This document shows positions 1 to 8,940 of a stretch of DNA of 64,000 nt, in pieces (position 1 is the stretch's first letter; each line of letters starts with the position of its first letter). A model generated the notes under the pieces. The model was given only the letters and a program-made list of their open reading frames with translations. It did no database searches and was not told where the DNA came from. Origin of the DNA: Escherichia coli. Its GTDB lineage: Bacteria > Pseudomonadota > Gammaproteobacteria > Enterobacterales > Enterobacteriaceae. Made by a program: the position numbers and the translations under genes. Location: the NCBI RefSeq assembly GCF_029227855.1, contig NZ_CP074356.1. The stretch is one strand, 5' to 3'.

Positions 1-1
1 C

Positions 2-2974
2 GCTGCGGACCGGATCATCCGCTGGTCCGATAACGACCAGACGTGGAGCCGTTTCACCTACGATGAACAGGGCCGGTGCGTGAATGTCACCGGGGCGGAG
101 GGCTATTACAACGCCACGCTGGACTATGGTGACGGCTGCACCACCGTGACGGACGGCAAGGGCATTCACCGTTATTACTATGATCCTGACGGCAATATTC
201 TGCGGGAAGCAGCGCCGGACGGCAGCACCACCACGTATGAATGGGATGAATTCCATCACCTGCTGGCCCGTCACTCCCCTGCCGGGCGGGTGGAGAAATT
301 TGAATACAACGCCGCACACGGTCAGTTAAGCCGTTACACGGCGGCAGACGGCGCGGAGTGGCAGTACCGCTATGATGAGCGCGGCCTGCTCAGCAACATC
401 ACCGACCCTGCCGGGCAGACGTGGACACAGCAGTGTGATGAACGCGGCCTGCCGGTAAGTCTGGTGTCGCCACAGGGCGAAGAGACCCGGCTGGCATACA
501 CCGCTCAGGGGCTGCTGTCGGGAATATTCCGCCAGGATGAACGGCGTCTGGGCATAGAGTACGACCACCACAACCGGCCGGAAACACTCACCGACGTGAT
601 GGGCCGTGAACACCACACCGAATACAGCGGTCACGACCTGCCGGTGAAGATGCGCGGCCCCGGCGGTCAGTCAGTGCGGTTGCAGTGGCAGCAGCACCAT
701 AAACTGAGTGGCCTTGAGCGCACTGGCACCGGCGCGGAAGGGTTCAGCTATGACCGCCACGGCAACCTGCTGGCCTGGACGGACGGCAATGGTGTTGTCT
801 GGACAATGGAGTACGGCCCGTTCGATTTGCCGGTGGCGCGAACGGACGGTGAAGGCCACCGCTGGCAGTACCGCTATGATAAAGACACGCTGCAACTGAC
901 AGAAGTCATTAACCCGCAGGGTGAGTCATATCTTTATGTTCTGGATAACTGCGGCCGGGTGACGGAAGAGCATGACTGGGGCGGCGTGGTCTGGCGTTAC
1001 CGCTATGACGCCGATGGCCTGTGTACCGCCAGGGTCAACGGCCTGGAGGAAACCATCCTCTACAGCCGGGACGACGCAGGCCGCCTGGCAGAAGTCATCA
1101 CGCCGGAAGGCAAAACGCAGTATGCGTATGACAAATCCGGCAGGCTGACGGGTATCTTCAGCCCGGACGGCACATCACAGCGCACCGGCTATGACGAACG
1201 CGGGCGGGTGAATGTCACCACTCAGGGCCGACGGGCCATTGAATACCACTACCCCGATGAACACACCGTCATCCGCTGTATCCTGCCACCGGAAGATGAA
1301 CGCGACAGACACCCCGGTGAATCCCTGCTGAAAACCACGTACCGCTACAACGCAGCCGGAGAACTGGCAGAGGTCATCCTGCCGGAGGATGAGACGCTGA
1401 CGTTCAGCCGTGATGAGGCAGGACGTGAAGTGCTCCGGCACAGTAACCGGGGTTTTGCCTGTGAGCAGGGCTGGAATGCAGCCGGTCAGCTTACCAGCCA
1501 GCGCGCCGGACTTTTCCCGGCAGAAGCCACATGGGGCGGGCTGCTCCCCTCACTGGTACGGGAGTACCGTTACGACAGCGCGGGCAATGTGTCGGCTGTC
1601 ACCAGCCGGGAAGATTACGGACGGGAAACTCGCCGGGAGTACCGGCTGGACCGGAACGGCCAGGTCACGGCGGTGACAGCCTCAGGCACCGGGCTGGGCT
1701 ATGGCGAAGGCGATGAGTCCTATGGCTATGACAGTTGTGGCTACCTGAAGGCGCAGTCTGCGGGCAGGCACCGGATAAGTGAAGAGACTGAGCGGTATGC
1801 CGGAGGCCACCGGCTGAAACAGGCCGGAAACACGCAGTATGACTATGACGCCGCAGGCCGGATGGTCAGCCGCACCAGACACCGTAACGGCTATCGCCCG
1901 GAAACAGAGCGGTTCCGGTGGGACAGCCGGGACCAGCTGACCGGGTATTGCAGCGCACAGGGTGAACAGTGGGAATACCGCCACGACGCCAGCGGCAGAC
2001 GGACGGAAAAACGCTGCGACCGGAAGAAAATCCGCTTCACGTACCTGTGGGACGGCGACAGTATTGCGGAAATCCGGGAATACCGCGATGATAAACTGTA
2101 CAGCGTAAGGCACCTGGTGTTTAACGGCTTTGAGCTGATAAGCCAGCAGTTTAGCCGGGTACGGCAGCCGCACCCGTCCGTGGCCCCGCAGTGGGTGACG
2201 CGGACGAATCATGCGGTGAGCGATCTGACGGGCCGTCCGCTGATGCTCTTTAACAGTGAAGGTAAAACCGTCTGGCGACCGGGACAGACCAGCCTGTGGG
2301 GGCTGGCACTCAGCCTGCCCGCGGACACCGGCTACCCGGACCCGCGCGGGGAACTGGACGCGGAAGCCGACCCCGGCCTGCTGTATGCAGGACAGTGGCA
2401 GGATGCGGAATCCGGGCTGTGCTATAACCGGTTCCGGTATTACGAGCCGGAAACAGGGATGTACCTGGTGAGTGATCCGCTGGGGTTGCTGGGGGGTGAG
2501 CAGACTTACCGGTATGTGCCGAATCCGTGTGGGTATGTTGATCCTTTGGGATTAGCAACATGTCCCATAATCAGACAACGGGTGCTGGCTAACCTTGAAG
2601 CCAGTCGGGCAGCAAGGGCTGCATCTAATTTTGGTAAGAAAAATATCTATGATTTTATCAAGGCAACTCAATCTGCTATCCCTGGCACCTCTATCCCAAA
2701 ATCTTTTGAGATTATAACTGCTAATGGTACTTTCTGGGTACACCCAAATGCTACAAAACATATGGCTGAATATTTGACTCGGAACGGTCTCTCACATTCA
2801 ACTTCTGTAGAGAGCCAAATAATGTTAACAAGTTTTCACGAAGCTGTAAGTTTGGCTAGTGCTCAAGGTATAAAGTATGAAGAAATGATGAATGTTGGCG
2901 GCTGGGAACTAGTATTTAGTCAAGCTAAATCTGACTCGGCTTTATCAGTTATTAAACATGCTCTTTATAAATGA
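2..2974 (+). CDS. Rhs-family polymorphic toxin, 5'-truncated by the window edge; YD-repeat core ending in a DPLGL motif, then a ~140-aa C-terminal toxin domain of unassigned family
   Basis: The reading frame is open from position 2 to the stop at 2974. Repeated YDxxGR(L/V) motifs run throughout, and the core ends with RYYEPETGMYLVSDPLGL...YVDPLGL followed by a lower-GC extension (ATCPIIRQ...KHALYK). Confidence 0.85.
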   Translation, partial: AADRIIRWSDNDQTWSRFTYDEQGRCVNVTGAEGYYNATLDYGDGCTTVTDGKGIHRYYYDPDGNILREAAPDGSTTTYEWDEFHHLLARHSPAGRVEKFEYNAAHGQLSRYTAADGAEWQYRYDERGLLSNITDPAGQTWTQQCDERGLPVSLVSPQGEETRLAYTAQGLLSGIFRQDERRLGIEYDHHNRPETLTDVMGREHHTEYSGHDLPVKMRGPGGQSVRLQWQQHHKLSGLERTGTGAEGFSYDRHGNLLAWTDGNGVVWTMEYGPFDLPVARTDGEGHRWQYRYDKDTLQLTEVINPQGESYLYVLDNCGRVTEEHDWGGVVWRYRYDADGLCTARVNGLEETILYSRDDAGRLAEVITPEGKTQYAYDKSGRLTGIFSPDGTSQRTGYDERGRVNVTTQGRRAIEYHYPDEHTVIRCILPPEDERDRHPGESLLKTTYRYNAAGELAEVILPEDETLTFSRDEAGREVLRHSNRGFACEQGWNAAGQLTSQRAGLFPAEATWGGLLPSLVREYRYDSAGNVSAVTSREDYGRETRREYRLDRNGQVTAVTASGTGLGYGEGDESYGYDSCGYLKAQSAGRHRISEETERYAGGHRLKQAGNTQYDYDAAGRMVSRTRHRNGYRPETERFRWDSRDQLTGYCSAQGEQWEYRHDASGRRTEKRCDRKKIRFTYLWDGDSIAEIREYRDDKLYSVRHLVFNGFELISQQFSRVRQPHPSVAPQWVTRTNHAVSDLTGRPLMLFNSEGKTVWRPGQTSLWGLALSLPADTGYPDPRGELDAEADPGLLYAGQWQDAESGLCYNRFRYYEPETGMYLVSDPLGLLGGEQTYRYVPNPCGYVDPLGLATCPIIRQRVLANLEASRAARAASNFGKKNIYDFIKATQSAIPGTSIPKSFEIITANGTFWVHPNATKHMAEYLTRNGLSHSTSVESQIMLTSFHEAVSLASAQGIKYEEMMNVGGWELVFSQAKSDSALSVIKHALYK

Positions 2975-3504
2975 CGATTATGCTTACATTAGAAAATGAA
3001 ACAAACTACAAAGATGTTGTTGTTAATATAGATGAATTTGTACCTTTTGATATAACTTTTGGAAAGGGGAGCGAACAGTGTTTGTACTGGAGAGGCGGCA
3101 ATGGTAAAAGTTCTTTGGTTGAAGTTGGGTTAAATATGTACAGCGGAGAAGTAAGTAACATCACACTAGCAAATATCGATTCAGGTGAAATTAACATTAC
3201 AGATGAGATGTTAGCCAACAACCTTCCTGAAATACAAGGGTCTGTTATATTTCAGACAAGCGAGTGGCTTAATAAAGACATTTCCGAATACTCAAACAGA
3301 TTTATTGATGATTTTGATTGCAATATCAAGTTAATAATTGGTAGTAATTACATTAAATTATTATTTAAAAAAGCAACAAATCCCATTTGTTATATCATTA
3401 ATAGGAATATAAGATTTGGTTTTTCTTTGAGTAGGGAACTTTCGACATTGGAAATATTAGACCTCAATCAAGAAAAATTAGATATTCTAAAGTTATTTAA
3501 ATAG
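2971..3504 (+). CDS. Putative cognate immunity protein for the upstream Rhs toxin domain
   Basis: A 177-aa ORF whose ATG overlaps the toxin stop (ATGA at 2971-2974). It is AT-rich and sits immediately downstream of the toxin, the usual toxin-immunity arrangement. Confidence 0.55.
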   Translation: MTIMLTLENETNYKDVVVNIDEFVPFDITFGKGSEQCLYWRGGNGKSSLVEVGLNMYSGEVSNITLANIDSGEINITDEMLANNLPEIQGSVIFQTSEWLNKDISEYSNRFIDDFDCNIKLIIGSNYIKLLFKKATNPICYIINRNIRFGFSLSRELSTLEILDLNQEKLDILKLFK

Positions 3505-3995
3505 TTTTAGTGTTTGAAACTTACCGAGAGATGATAGCTATGAATGAATACAAAAACATCCATCTTGGAGGAAACAATGGAATGTTAATCCATTAAAAAA
3601 CATACTTCAATATCTTTAGTGAAGAAAGAGTTGTATGAAAGAAATATATCTTATGTGAGCGACATGATGCATGCTAATTATATTATTGGCCGGAAATTTT
3701 ATGATGATAGCAAAAAGGAGGGGTTATTTCTGTAAGAATGGATATACCCGCAGGGTTTGAACCAGACATTTATTTGTTGAAGTCTAAGATCCAAATGGAA
3801 GCATTTATATCCCTCAGATATTATGCGTTGACGGGTTGATAAAGATACTTTTAGAGGGTTAATAAATGGAGAACGTATAATAAATCTCTTAAACAAACTA
3901 TAACCTGTACTAATGAAAAAAATGGGAATAGATAAGTTAATAGCCTATTCTAAAAATGGTAAAGTGGTTTTACTTCCAAAATAATGGAGTTTAGT

Positions 3996-4427
3996 ATGAA
4001 AATCGAAGCTAATTCCCTTACTCATCCCTATGACTACAACGCCTCACTGAACAATTATTTACATTATTTTGAGAATTTCTCTCGTAATGACTGGAATAAA
4101 GATTCATGTGGAGGATATTTTACTTTTAGAGATGATGACAGAGAGTGTGTTTTGTTTTTTGTGAATTATGGTGATAATTTTTCATTGCGCTATGATTGTA
4201 CACAAAGTTCTGATGGAATAGTGTCATGCTGGTATAGTAACCATGAAGATGATAAAATGAATATCATCGTCGATGCTGATACAGAACAATTTATCCCTTT
4301 AGGTTCTTGCTTACCTCCTGATATTACTTTATCAGTAATAAAAGATTTTTTCAAAAATCCTTTAGAGAAATCAAAAAAAGTAAAATGGATGAATGCAGAT
4401 GACATTGACTGGTCATCTGTGTATTAA
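3996..4427 (+). CDS. Hypothetical protein, possible orphan immunity protein
   Basis: An ORF of ~143 aa (from MKIEANS; an upstream ATG at 3984 is also possible) with AT-rich composition, lying in the island downstream of the Rhs toxin. No recognisable catalytic motif. Confidence 0.4.
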   Translation: MKIEANSLTHPYDYNASLNNYLHYFENFSRNDWNKDSCGGYFTFRDDDRECVLFFVNYGDNFSLRYDCTQSSDGIVSCWYSNHEDDKMNIIVDADTEQFIPLGSCLPPDITLSVIKDFFKNPLEKSKKVKWMNADDIDWSSVY

Positions 4428-5289
4428 AGTTGGATTGGATAATTATCTGTTTCAAAAATCATTAAATTTAGAACCTATCTGTTCAACAGAGCTGCCTTGA
4501 ACAGCAGGTTCTTTTATGATGTCCAGGAGCGAATATGCCTGTGATGTCTGGCACTCAGCATCTGACTGACCTGGACTACTGATCCTACTCACACAGGGAG
4601 CTAGACCTGGAAGCAACCTACTGTAAGCAGTGCAGTAGCAGCCCACCTCACATCAGTCCTTGCAAGGTGTGGGCCTTTGTGATCTTGCTCTGTATTGCTG
4701 AGATCCTCAGGAAGGACTCGAAATTTAATCAGGAAGGCCGTTGCTAAAAATCAAAAAATAAATTCAAGAGCAATTTCTAAAACTTTTGAATCTACTGTAT
4801 CGGATGAGGTTTTCACTCCTTTCCAAAAGGTGAGTTTTCAAGCATTCAAGTTTCTGTTATGACCAAAACTTCACCATTTAACACTAATCCGAGTATTATG
4901 TTACCATGAAGAAAAAAGATATTAGATTTGCAATATCCATTAACTCCAACTCAAGTAAGATAGAATTAATGGAAAAATTAAAAACATAATCCCAGGGCTT
5001 ATTGAAATAACTCCCAGTGCATTAAGAGAAGAAAAAACATGGTAGTTATTGAAGATAATGATCTTTATGACTCTATAAAAGCAGAGGGAGTTGATGGATG
5101 GATGTATTATAAATTCATATTATCCATATTCCCATTAAAGGGAGTAGACACAACATTAGAATATCAACGGAAATTATCTTTTCTTTTCTTAAAGAAATTA
5201 AAAGATGCGGGTCTGTTAGGTGAACTTATATGCGAGGATGATTTTCATGACTGATGACCTCTACATATATCCTCAGTTCGTGGCTGGTA

Positions 5290-5631
5290 TTACATGATCT
5301 GACAGGGAAAGATCGTAGCGAAATCAAAAAAGACGTGGATTTCCCGGAAGCCGGTGAAGACACGGCGCTCTGCGACAAGGAGACTAAACCGCCGAGGATA
5401 GCCCAGGGCAGCAGCAACGTTTTTATCAACAATCAGCCTGCCGCACGCCAGGGAGACAAACTGGAGTGCAGTGCGGCGATCGTGGAAGGTTCGCCGGACG
5501 TCTTTATTGGGGGTGAGCAGGTCACCTATCTGGATATCCAGCCGGAGTTCCCGCCGTGGCAGAGAATGATCCTGGGGGGAATAACGATAGCCAGCTATCT
5601 TCTGCCGCCAGCGCAGGGAAAGATCACGTAA
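5290..5631 (+). pseudogene. PAAR-domain fragment, probably the C-terminal part of the N-terminal PAAR region of a T6SS-type Rhs or PAAR protein
   Basis: A GC-rich segment inside the 5254..5631 ORF encodes IAQGSSNVFINNQPAARQGDKLECSAAIVEGSPDVFIGG, matching the PAAR motif pattern. The composition shifts abruptly near 5290, and no credible N-terminus or Rhs core follows. Confidence 0.5.
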
Positions 5632-5700
5632 CGCTGCTTTTTTGTACTAAATAATTCGCACTAAATGTTCAATAATTGAGATATTCCTTATTACCTAAAT
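5614..5700 (+). repeat. Direct repeat copy 1 (~90 bp; cagggaaagatca...tttgtactaaataattcgca...gatattcc.tattacctaaa)
   Basis: About 80% identical by eye to 7645..7738. It lies at the 3' junction of the PAAR fragment. Confidence 0.6.
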
Positions 5701-5750
5701 ACAGTTCCACCAAGATTACCTAAACCCAAATGAGGTAAAAGATAGTGGGT

Positions 5751-6112
5751 ATGAATAAAAATGAAATCCATTTCCCTATAGGATATGGTTGGTTGAATGA
5801 AAAAAAATTATTGGCACCAGTGAATTTAGCCAATTAGAACCATGGTTTTATCTAGATGAGAACAGGTGTTTTTTTGCGAATAAAAAATGGCCAAATGTCA
5901 TAGGTGAACAATTATTCGCTTTTGCTAAACGTCAAGATAATGATGAATTGGCTTGTTTCAAAATTAATGAATCTGGAGTCTGTGAGGGTGTTTATTTAAT
6001 TAATGGGTGGACTCCTAACGGGTTTGATATTATACAATTTTACCCTGATTTTTGGGAATGGGTACATTTGGTTATACAAGATGTCTCGGAGTGGATTGAT
6101 AATAAAGGATAA
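5751..6112 (+). pseudogene. Frameshifted immunity-like gene; any family resemblance (e.g. SMI1/KNR4-like) is tentative
   Basis: ATG at 5751 gives MNKNEIHFPIGYGWLNEKKLLAPVNLAN then a stop. The +1 frame continues KKIIGTSEFSQLEPWFYLDENRCFF...EWIDNKG to 6112. The frame break coincides with an A8 homopolymer near 5803-5810. Confidence 0.35.
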
Positions 6113-6141
6113 TTTGAAACAAAAGTAAAAAACCGCCTTCA

Positions 6142-6840
6142 TTGAAGGTAACGTGGAGTGGTGGGCGGAGCAGCCTGCCCGCAGACACAGACTACCCGGA
6201 CCCGCGCGGGGAGCGGGACGCGGAAGCCGACCCCGGCCTGCTGTATGCAGGACAGTGGCAGGATGCGGAATCCGGACTGTGCTATAACCGGTTCCGGTAT
6301 TACGAGCCGGAAACCGGGATGTACCTGGTGAGTGATCCCCTGGGGTTGCTGGGGGGTGAGCAGACTTACCGGTATGTGCCTAATCCTAGTGGGTATGTTG
6401 ATCCTCTGGGATTAGCAACGTGTCCTATACTCAGACAGTGGGCGCTGACTAACCTTGAAGCCAGTCGGGCAGCAAGGGCTGCATCTAATTTTGGTAAGCC
6501 TCTGGTCCAGCGAAATAAAACGATTGGCGATAAAGTAAGGGATATGATTGCCAAAGAGAGGGGAACCACTCTAATTGAACAAAATTATAGAGTGACAGGA
6601 GGATTAAAGCGTATTGACGTTGTTGATGGAGTAACGGGTATAGAATCTAAAGTCGATCGAACAGGGTTAACAACCCGAGTACGGCAAGAGGTAGCGCGGG
6701 ATATTAAGATTTTGAGAAGTGAGCAACTTGATCAAATTGAATGGGTGTTTACAAGAAGTTCAACTACAGGGAAGATTGGGCCAACTAAACCACTTGAAGA
6801 TCTTTTAAATAAACATGGTATACCGATTATTTATCGATAA
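6142..6840 (+). CDS. Orphan Rhs C-terminal module: core-end repeat (DPLGL) plus an alternative toxin domain, possibly a PD-(D/E)xK-like nuclease
   Basis: Positions ~6176-6500 are near-identical to 2310-2630 (the end of the first Rhs core plus 26 codons). The sequences then diverge into a different C-terminal domain containing RIDVVDGVTGIESKVDRTG. The reported ATG at 6142 is probably not the native start. Confidence 0.7.
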   Translation: MKVTWSGGRSSLPADTDYPDPRGERDAEADPGLLYAGQWQDAESGLCYNRFRYYEPETGMYLVSDPLGLLGGEQTYRYVPNPSGYVDPLGLATCPILRQWALTNLEASRAARAASNFGKPLVQRNKTIGDKVRDMIAKERGTTLIEQNYRVTGGLKRIDVVDGVTGIESKVDRTGLTTRVRQEVARDIKILRSEQLDQIEWVFTRSSTTGKIGPTKPLEDLLNKHGIPIIYR

Positions 6841-6851
6841 GGAGTGATAGT

Positions 6852-7409
6852 GTGAAACTCAAACCGATTGGTGACTTTTTAAACAAAAATGGGTTTATAA
6901 AAAATGGTAACAATGATTTTTATAAAGTTCATGATAAGTTTGTAAATTGTATAAATTTTCAAAAAAAGAGTACAGGTGATATTTTTTTTATAAACACAGG
7001 TGTTCATCCTGTGTTCGAAAATTTTTGCAATGAACCACCGAAAAAAGAAATAGATTGTTACATCCGTAACCGTGTGTGTGATGGACTAAGTATATCTTTG
7101 CTGCATTCTTTTGAAGGTAGTGAGTTTGTTATCAGTGAGATAAAAAACAAAGCGTTTTGTTTTTTTGAATACTTTGATTCATTGAATAAAATATTCGATG
7201 CTATTCGTGTTGTAGATATTGAAGAGAGAAATATTTGCGATGAGCTAAGTGGTGTAAGCAGCGTAAGATTAGCTTTGATGTGTATGAACTACCAGTATGA
7301 GAAAAAAAAATTTAGCCTTGTTTCTGATTTTGCGAACTATGGTCTTGCTATATCTAGAGGCCCGGTACCGAAAAAAGCATTTAAGGATATGATAAAAATA
7401 ACAGAGTGA
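6852..7409 (+). CDS. Putative immunity protein for the orphan Rhs toxin module
   Basis: A 185-aa ORF with a GTG start 12 bp after the toxin stop, preceded by AGGAG at 6841-6845. AT-rich. Confidence 0.5.
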   Translation: MKLKPIGDFLNKNGFIKNGNNDFYKVHDKFVNCINFQKKSTGDIFFINTGVHPVFENFCNEPPKKEIDCYIRNRVCDGLSISLLHSFEGSEFVISEIKNKAFCFFEYFDSLNKIFDAIRVVDIEERNICDELSGVSSVRLALMCMNYQYEKKKFSLVSDFANYGLAISRGPVPKKAFKDMIKITE

Positions 7410-7419
7410 TACCTAATCC

Positions 7420-7650
7420 GGTGTAATACTTGCTGCCTGTGTACCGCGAAGATTAACGGCCGGGAGGAAACTATTCTCTACAACCGGGACGCCACAGGCC
7501 GCCTGGCAGAAGTCATCACGCCGGAAGGCAAAACGCAGTATGCGTATGACAAATCCGGCAGGCTGACGGGTATCTTCAGCCCGGACGACACATCACAGCG
7601 CACCGGCTATGAAGAACGCGGGCGGGTGAATGTCACCACTCAGGGCAGGG
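7420..7650 (+). pseudogene. Internal Rhs core fragment
   Basis: About 215 bp nearly identical to 1021-1230 of the first Rhs core (encoding ...EETILY..RLAEVITPEGKTQYAYDKSGRLTGIFSPD...). Homology is lost at the cagggaaagatca junction. Confidence 0.6.
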
Positions 7651-7738
7651 AAAGATCATCCAAAGTACACTTTTTGTACTAAATAATTCGCATTTTATGT
7701 TTAAAAATGGAGATATTCCTCATTACCTAAAGCTGTTT
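7645..7738 (+). repeat. Direct repeat copy 2 (~90 bp), immediately upstream of the ISAs1-family transposase
   Basis: Matches 5614..5700 in sequence. It may be the left end of the H-repeat element or a recombination scar. Confidence 0.6.
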
Positions 7739-7739
7739 T

Positions 7740-8940
7740 TTATTGCTTATACATGATCAAATACTCCTTACATAATTAAGGAGAACAAAATGGAACTTAA
7801 AAAATTGATGGAACATATTTCTATTATCCCCGATTACAGACAAGCCTGGAAAGTGGAACATAAATTATCGGATATTCTGCTGTTGACTATTTGTGCCGTT
7901 ATTTCGGGTGCAGAAGGCTGGGAAGATATAGAGGATTTTGGGGAAACACATCTCGATTTTTTGAAGCAATATGGTGATTTTGATAATGGTATTCCTGTTC
8001 ACGATACCATCGCCAGAGTTATATCCTGTATCAGTCCTTCAAAATTTCACGAGTGTTTTATTAACTGGATGCGAGATTGCCATACTTCAGATGATAAAGA
8101 CGTCATCGCAATTGATGGAAAAACACTCCGGCATTCTTATGACAAGAGTCGCCGCAAGGGAGCGATTCATGTCATTAGTGCGTTCTCAACAATGCACAGT
8201 CTGGTCATCGGACAGATCAGGACGGATGAGAAATCCAATGAAATTACAGCTATCCCTGAACTTCTTAACATGCTGGATATTAAAGGAAAAATCATCACAA
8301 CTGATGCGATGGGTTGCCAGAAAGATATTGCAGAGAAGATACAAAAACAGGGCGGTGATTATTTATTCGCTGTAAAAGGAAACCAGGGGCGGCTAAATAA
8401 AGCCTTCGAGGAAAAATTTCCGCTGAAAGAATTAAATAATCCAGAGCATGACAGTTACGCCATTAGTGAAAAGAGTCACGGCAGAGAAGAAATCCGTCTT
8501 CATATTGTTTGCGATGTCCCTGATGAACTTATTGATTTCACGTTTGAATGGAAAGGACTGAAGAAATTATGCGTGGCAGTCTCTTTTCGGTCAATAATAG
8601 CAGAACAAAAGAAAGAGCCAGAAATGACGGTCAGATATTATATCAGTTCTGCTGATTTAACCGCAGAGAAGTTCGCCACAGCAATCCGAAACCACTGGCG
8701 CGTGGAGAATAAGCTGCACTGGCGTCTGGACGTGGTAATGAATGAAGACGACTGCAAAATAAGAAGAGGAAACGCCGCAGAATTATTTTCAGGGATACGG
8801 CACATCGCTATTAATATTTTAACGAATGATAAGGTATTCAAGGCAGGGTTAAGACGTAAGATGCGAAAAGCAGCCATGGACAGAAACTATCTCGCGTCAG
8901 TCCTTGCGGGGAGCGGGCTTTCGTAATCTTGCCCTGCGTT
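7740..8940 (+). mobile_element. ISAs1-family (H-repeat) insertion element; boundaries approximate
   Basis: Contains one intact transposase ORF. The terminal inverted repeats could not be delimited by eye. Confidence 0.4.
7790..8926 (+). CDS. ISAs1-family transposase (H-repeat-associated protein; YhhI/YdcC/YbfD-like)
   Basis: A 378-aa ORF ([32 protein letters not shown]...[31 protein letters not shown]) recognised as the H-repeat protein family found inside Rhs elements. Confidence 0.85.
   Translation: MELKKLMEHISIIPDYRQAWKVEHKLSDILLLTICAVISGAEGWEDIEDFGETHLDFLKQYGDFDNGIPVHDTIARVISCISPSKFHECFINWMRDCHTSDDKDVIAIDGKTLRHSYDKSRRKGAIHVISAFSTMHSLVIGQIRTDEKSNEITAIPELLNMLDIKGKIITTDAMGCQKDIAEKIQKQGGDYLFAVKGNQGRLNKAFEEKFPLKELNNPEHDSYAISEKSHGREEIRLHIVCDVPDELIDFTFEWKGLKKLCVAVSFRSIIAEQKKEPEMTVRYYISSADLTAEKFATAIRNHWRVENKLHWRLDVVMNEDDCKIRRGNAAELFSGIRHIAINILTNDKVFKAGLRRKMRKAAMDRNYLASVLAGSGLS

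Noticed and set aside
3505-3983. Several very short ATG-initiated frames in the AT-rich spacer after the first immunity gene
   Set aside because: All are under ~35 codons, in mixed frames and lack RBS. Most likely decayed remnants, not annotated as genes.
4906-5254. Possible gene split across two frames (27-codon MKKKDIRFAISINSNSSKIELMEKLKT plus the 71-aa ORF at 5039..5254)
   Set aside because: The two pieces are in different frames with no clear single frameshift site joining them and no recognisable domain. Support was too weak to call a pseudogene.
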